Source: Bugula neritina (taxonomy: Eukaryota > Animalia > Bryozoa). From it: a DNA stretch of 64,000 nt. The position numbers were made by a program, and so were the translations under genes. Position 1 is the stretch's first letter; the number at the start of each line of letters is the position of its first letter. Below the pieces are notes generated by a model. The model saw nothing but the letters and a program-made list of their open reading frames with translations. It had not been told where the DNA came from and made no database searches. The stretch is from the NCBI GenBank assembly GCA_964035545.1, contig CAXIUT010000183.1, forward strand, positions 1,674,001-1,738,000, given 5' to 3'. Below, in pieces: positions 60,701 to 64,000 of this stretch.

Positions 60701-63700
60701 TTTTAACACATTGAAAAATACTGCAACATACTGAAATGTATTTTAACACATTGAAAAATACTGCAACATACTGAAATATACTGCGACACATTGCAATATA
60801 CTGTAACATAACGAAATATGCTCTAGCACACTGAAATACACTGCAACTCACTGAAATATACTGCAACATACTGAAATACACTGTGACATACTGAAATATA
60901 CTGCAACACACTGAAATACACTGCTACATACTGAAATATACTGCAACATACTGCAACATACTGAAATACACTGCAGCATACTACAACATACTGAAATACA
61001 TTGTAACATATTGAAATACACTGCAACACATTGAAATATACTGCAACATAACAAAATATATGGTAAACTACTGAAATAGACTTTAACAGATTGAAAAATA
61101 CTGCAACATACTGAAATATACTGTAACACACTGAAGTATACTGCAACATACTGAAATACACTGTAACATACTGAAATACTTTGCAACATACTACCACATA
61201 TTGAAATACGCTGCAACACATTGAAATGTACTGCAACATACCGAAATATATGGTAAACTACTAAAATATACTGTAACGCATTGAAAAGTACTGCAACATA
61301 CTGAAATACATTGCGACACATTGCAATAAACTGTAACATACTGAAAAATGCTGTAGCACACTGAAATACACTGCCATTCACTGAAATATACTGCAACATA
61401 ATGAAATACACCGCAACATCCTACAACATACTGAAATACACTGTAACATATTGAAATACACTGCAACACATTGAAATATACTGCAACATAACGAAATATA
61501 TGGTAAACTACTGAAATATATTTTAACACATTGAAAAATACTGCAACATACTGAAATATATTTCAACACATTGAAAATTACTGCAACATACTGAAATATA
61601 CCGTAACACACTGAAGTACACTGCAACTCACTGAAATATACTGCAATATACTGAAATACACTGCAACATCCTACAAAATGCTGAAATACACTGTAACATA
61701 TTGAAATACACTGCAACACATTGAAATATACTGCAACATACCGAAATATATGGTAAACTACTGAAATATACTGTGACACATTGAAAAAAACTGCAACATA
61801 CTGAAATATACTGCGACACCTAGCAATATACTGTAACATACTGAAATATGCTCTAGCACACTGAAATACAATGCAACTCACTGAAATATACTGCAACATA
61901 CTGAAATACACAGCAACATCTTACAACATGCTGAAATACACTGTAACATATTGAAATACACTGCAACACATTGAAATATACTGCAACATACTGAAATATA
62001 CTGCGACACATTGCAATATACTGTAACATAACGAAATATGCTCTAGCACACTGAAATACACTGCAACTCACTGAAATATACTGCAACATACTGAAATACA
62101 CTGTGACATACTGAAATATACTGCAACATACTGAAATACACTGCTACATACTGAAATATACTGCAACATACTGCAACATACTGAAATACACTGCAGCATA
62201 CTACAACATACTGGAATACACTGCAACACATTGAAATATACTGCAACATACCTAAATATACGGTAATATACCGAAATATACTGTAACGCATTGCAAAATA
62301 CTGCAACAAACTGAAATACACTGCGACACACTGAAATACGCTGCAAAATACTACAACACACTGAAATAAACTGTAACATATTGAAATACACTGCAACACA
62401 TTGAAAAATACTGCAACATACTGAAATATACTGTAACGCACTGAAATATACTGCAACATACTGAAATACACTGTAACATACTGAAATATACTGCAACATA
62501 CTGAAATACACTGCTACATACTGAAATATACTGCAACATACTGCAACATACTGCAATACACTGTAACATACTGAAATACACTGCAACATACTACAACATG
62601 TTGAAATACACTGCAAAACATTGAAATACACTGCAACTTACCGAATATATGGTAAACTACTGAAATATACTGTAACGCATTGAAAAGTACTGCAACATAC
62701 TGAAATACATTGCGACACATTGCAATAAACTGTAACATACAGAAAAATGCTGTAGCACACTGAAATACACTGCCATTCACTGAAATATACTGCAACATAA
62801 TGAAATACACCGCAACATCCTACAACATACTGAAATACACTGTAACATATTGAAATACACTGCAACACATTGAAATATACTGCAACATAACGAAATATAT
62901 GGTAAACTACTGAAATATATTTTAACACATTGAAAAATACTGCAACATACTGAAATATATTTCAACACATTGAAAAATACTGCAACATACTGAAATATAC
63001 CGTAACACACTGAAGTACACTGCAACTCACTGAAATATACTGCAATATACTGAAATACACTGCAACATCCTACAAAATGCTGAAATACACTGTAACATAT
63101 TGAAATACACTGCAACACATTGAAATATACTGCAACATACCGAAATATATGGTAAACTACGGAAATATACTGTGACACATTGAAAAAAACTGCAACATAC
63201 TGAAATATACTGCGACACCTAGCAATATACTGTAACATACTGAAATATGCTCTAGCACACTGAAATACAATGCAACTCACTGAAATATACTGCAACATAC
63301 TGAAATACACAGCAACATCCTACAACATGCTGAAATACACTGTAACATATTGAAATACACTGCAACACATTGAAATATACTGCAACATACCGAAATATAT
63401 GGTAAACTACTGAAATATACTGTAACACATTGAAAAATACTGCAACGTACTGAAATATACTGCGACACCTAGCAATATACTGTAACATACTGAAGTATGC
63501 TCTAGCGCACTGAAATACAATACAACTTACTGAAATATACTGCAACATACTGAAATACACTGCAACATCCTACAATATGCTGAAATACACTGTAACATAT
63601 TGAAATACACTGCAACACATTGAAATATACTGCAACATACCGAAATATATCGTAAACTACTGCAACATACTACAACATATTGAAAAATACTGCAACATAC

Positions 63701-64000
63701 TGAAATATACTGTAACACACCGAAATATACAGCAACATACTGAAATACACTGTAACATATTGAAATACACTGCAACACTTTGAAATATACTGCAACATAC
63801 CTAAATATACGGTAATATACTGAAATATACTGTAACACATTGAAAAATACTGCAACATACTGAAATATACTGTAACACACCGAAATATACAGCAACATAC
63901 TGAAATACACTGTAACATACTGAAATATACTGCAACATACTGAAACACACTGCTACATACTGAAATATACTGCAACATACTGCAACATACTGAAATACAC
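57758..64000. repeat. Same satellite array, right part; likely continues beyond the right edge
   Basis: Same units, orientation and variant motifs as the left part. It resumes exactly where the left part was interrupted (ACTGC AA | AA CACACTGAAACACACCGC). Confidence 0.99.

Noticed and set aside
123-63978. Hundreds of overlapping minus-strand ORFs encoding Cys/Tyr/Val-rich peptides
   Set aside because: They are translations of a 10/20-bp repeat whose length is not a multiple of 3. The same peptide appears in all frames, indels of 10 bp and 1 bp ignore the reading frame, and no domain is recognisable.
1-64000. CRISPR-like array or other repeat-spacer system
   Set aside because: There are no unique spacers and no cas genes. 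All variation consists of point variants of the same decamer.
1-64000. Telomeric repeat tract
   Set aside because: It has no G-run telomere-type motif, and the complex multi-kb higher-order structure with a transposon insertion indicates recombination-maintained satellite rather than telomerase product.

Overview
This window has no credible genes. About 99% of it is one continuous, single-orientation satellite array built from a 10-bp unit that alternates between two forms, giving a 20-bp consensus ACTGAAATAT-ACTGCAACAT (about 30% GC and A-rich on the + strand). The array is hierarchical: 10 bp, then 20 bp, then a family of diverged ~250-bp modules, then locally different multi-kb near-identical duplications (about 1.0, 1.4, 3.2, 3.5, 4.6, 5.4 and 7.7 kb). 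This architecture is typical of eukaryotic heterochromatic or pericentromeric satellite; the organism cannot be determined from the sequence. The only non-satellite DNA is a 756-bp non-autonomous DNA transposon (MITE-like) at 57002-57757. It has perfect 19-bp CAC...GTG terminal inverted repeats and a 2-bp AA target-site duplication, and five empty copies of the insertion site occur elsewhere in the array. Its interior carries a degenerate 180-bp duplication and several hairpins. The hundreds of minus-strand ORFs are artefacts of the repeat. I found no convincing new protein-based system. The best candidates for novelty are the MITE family and the satellite's higher-order structure. Duplication periods were read from offsets between matching ORFs and checked by eye, so block boundaries are approximate.
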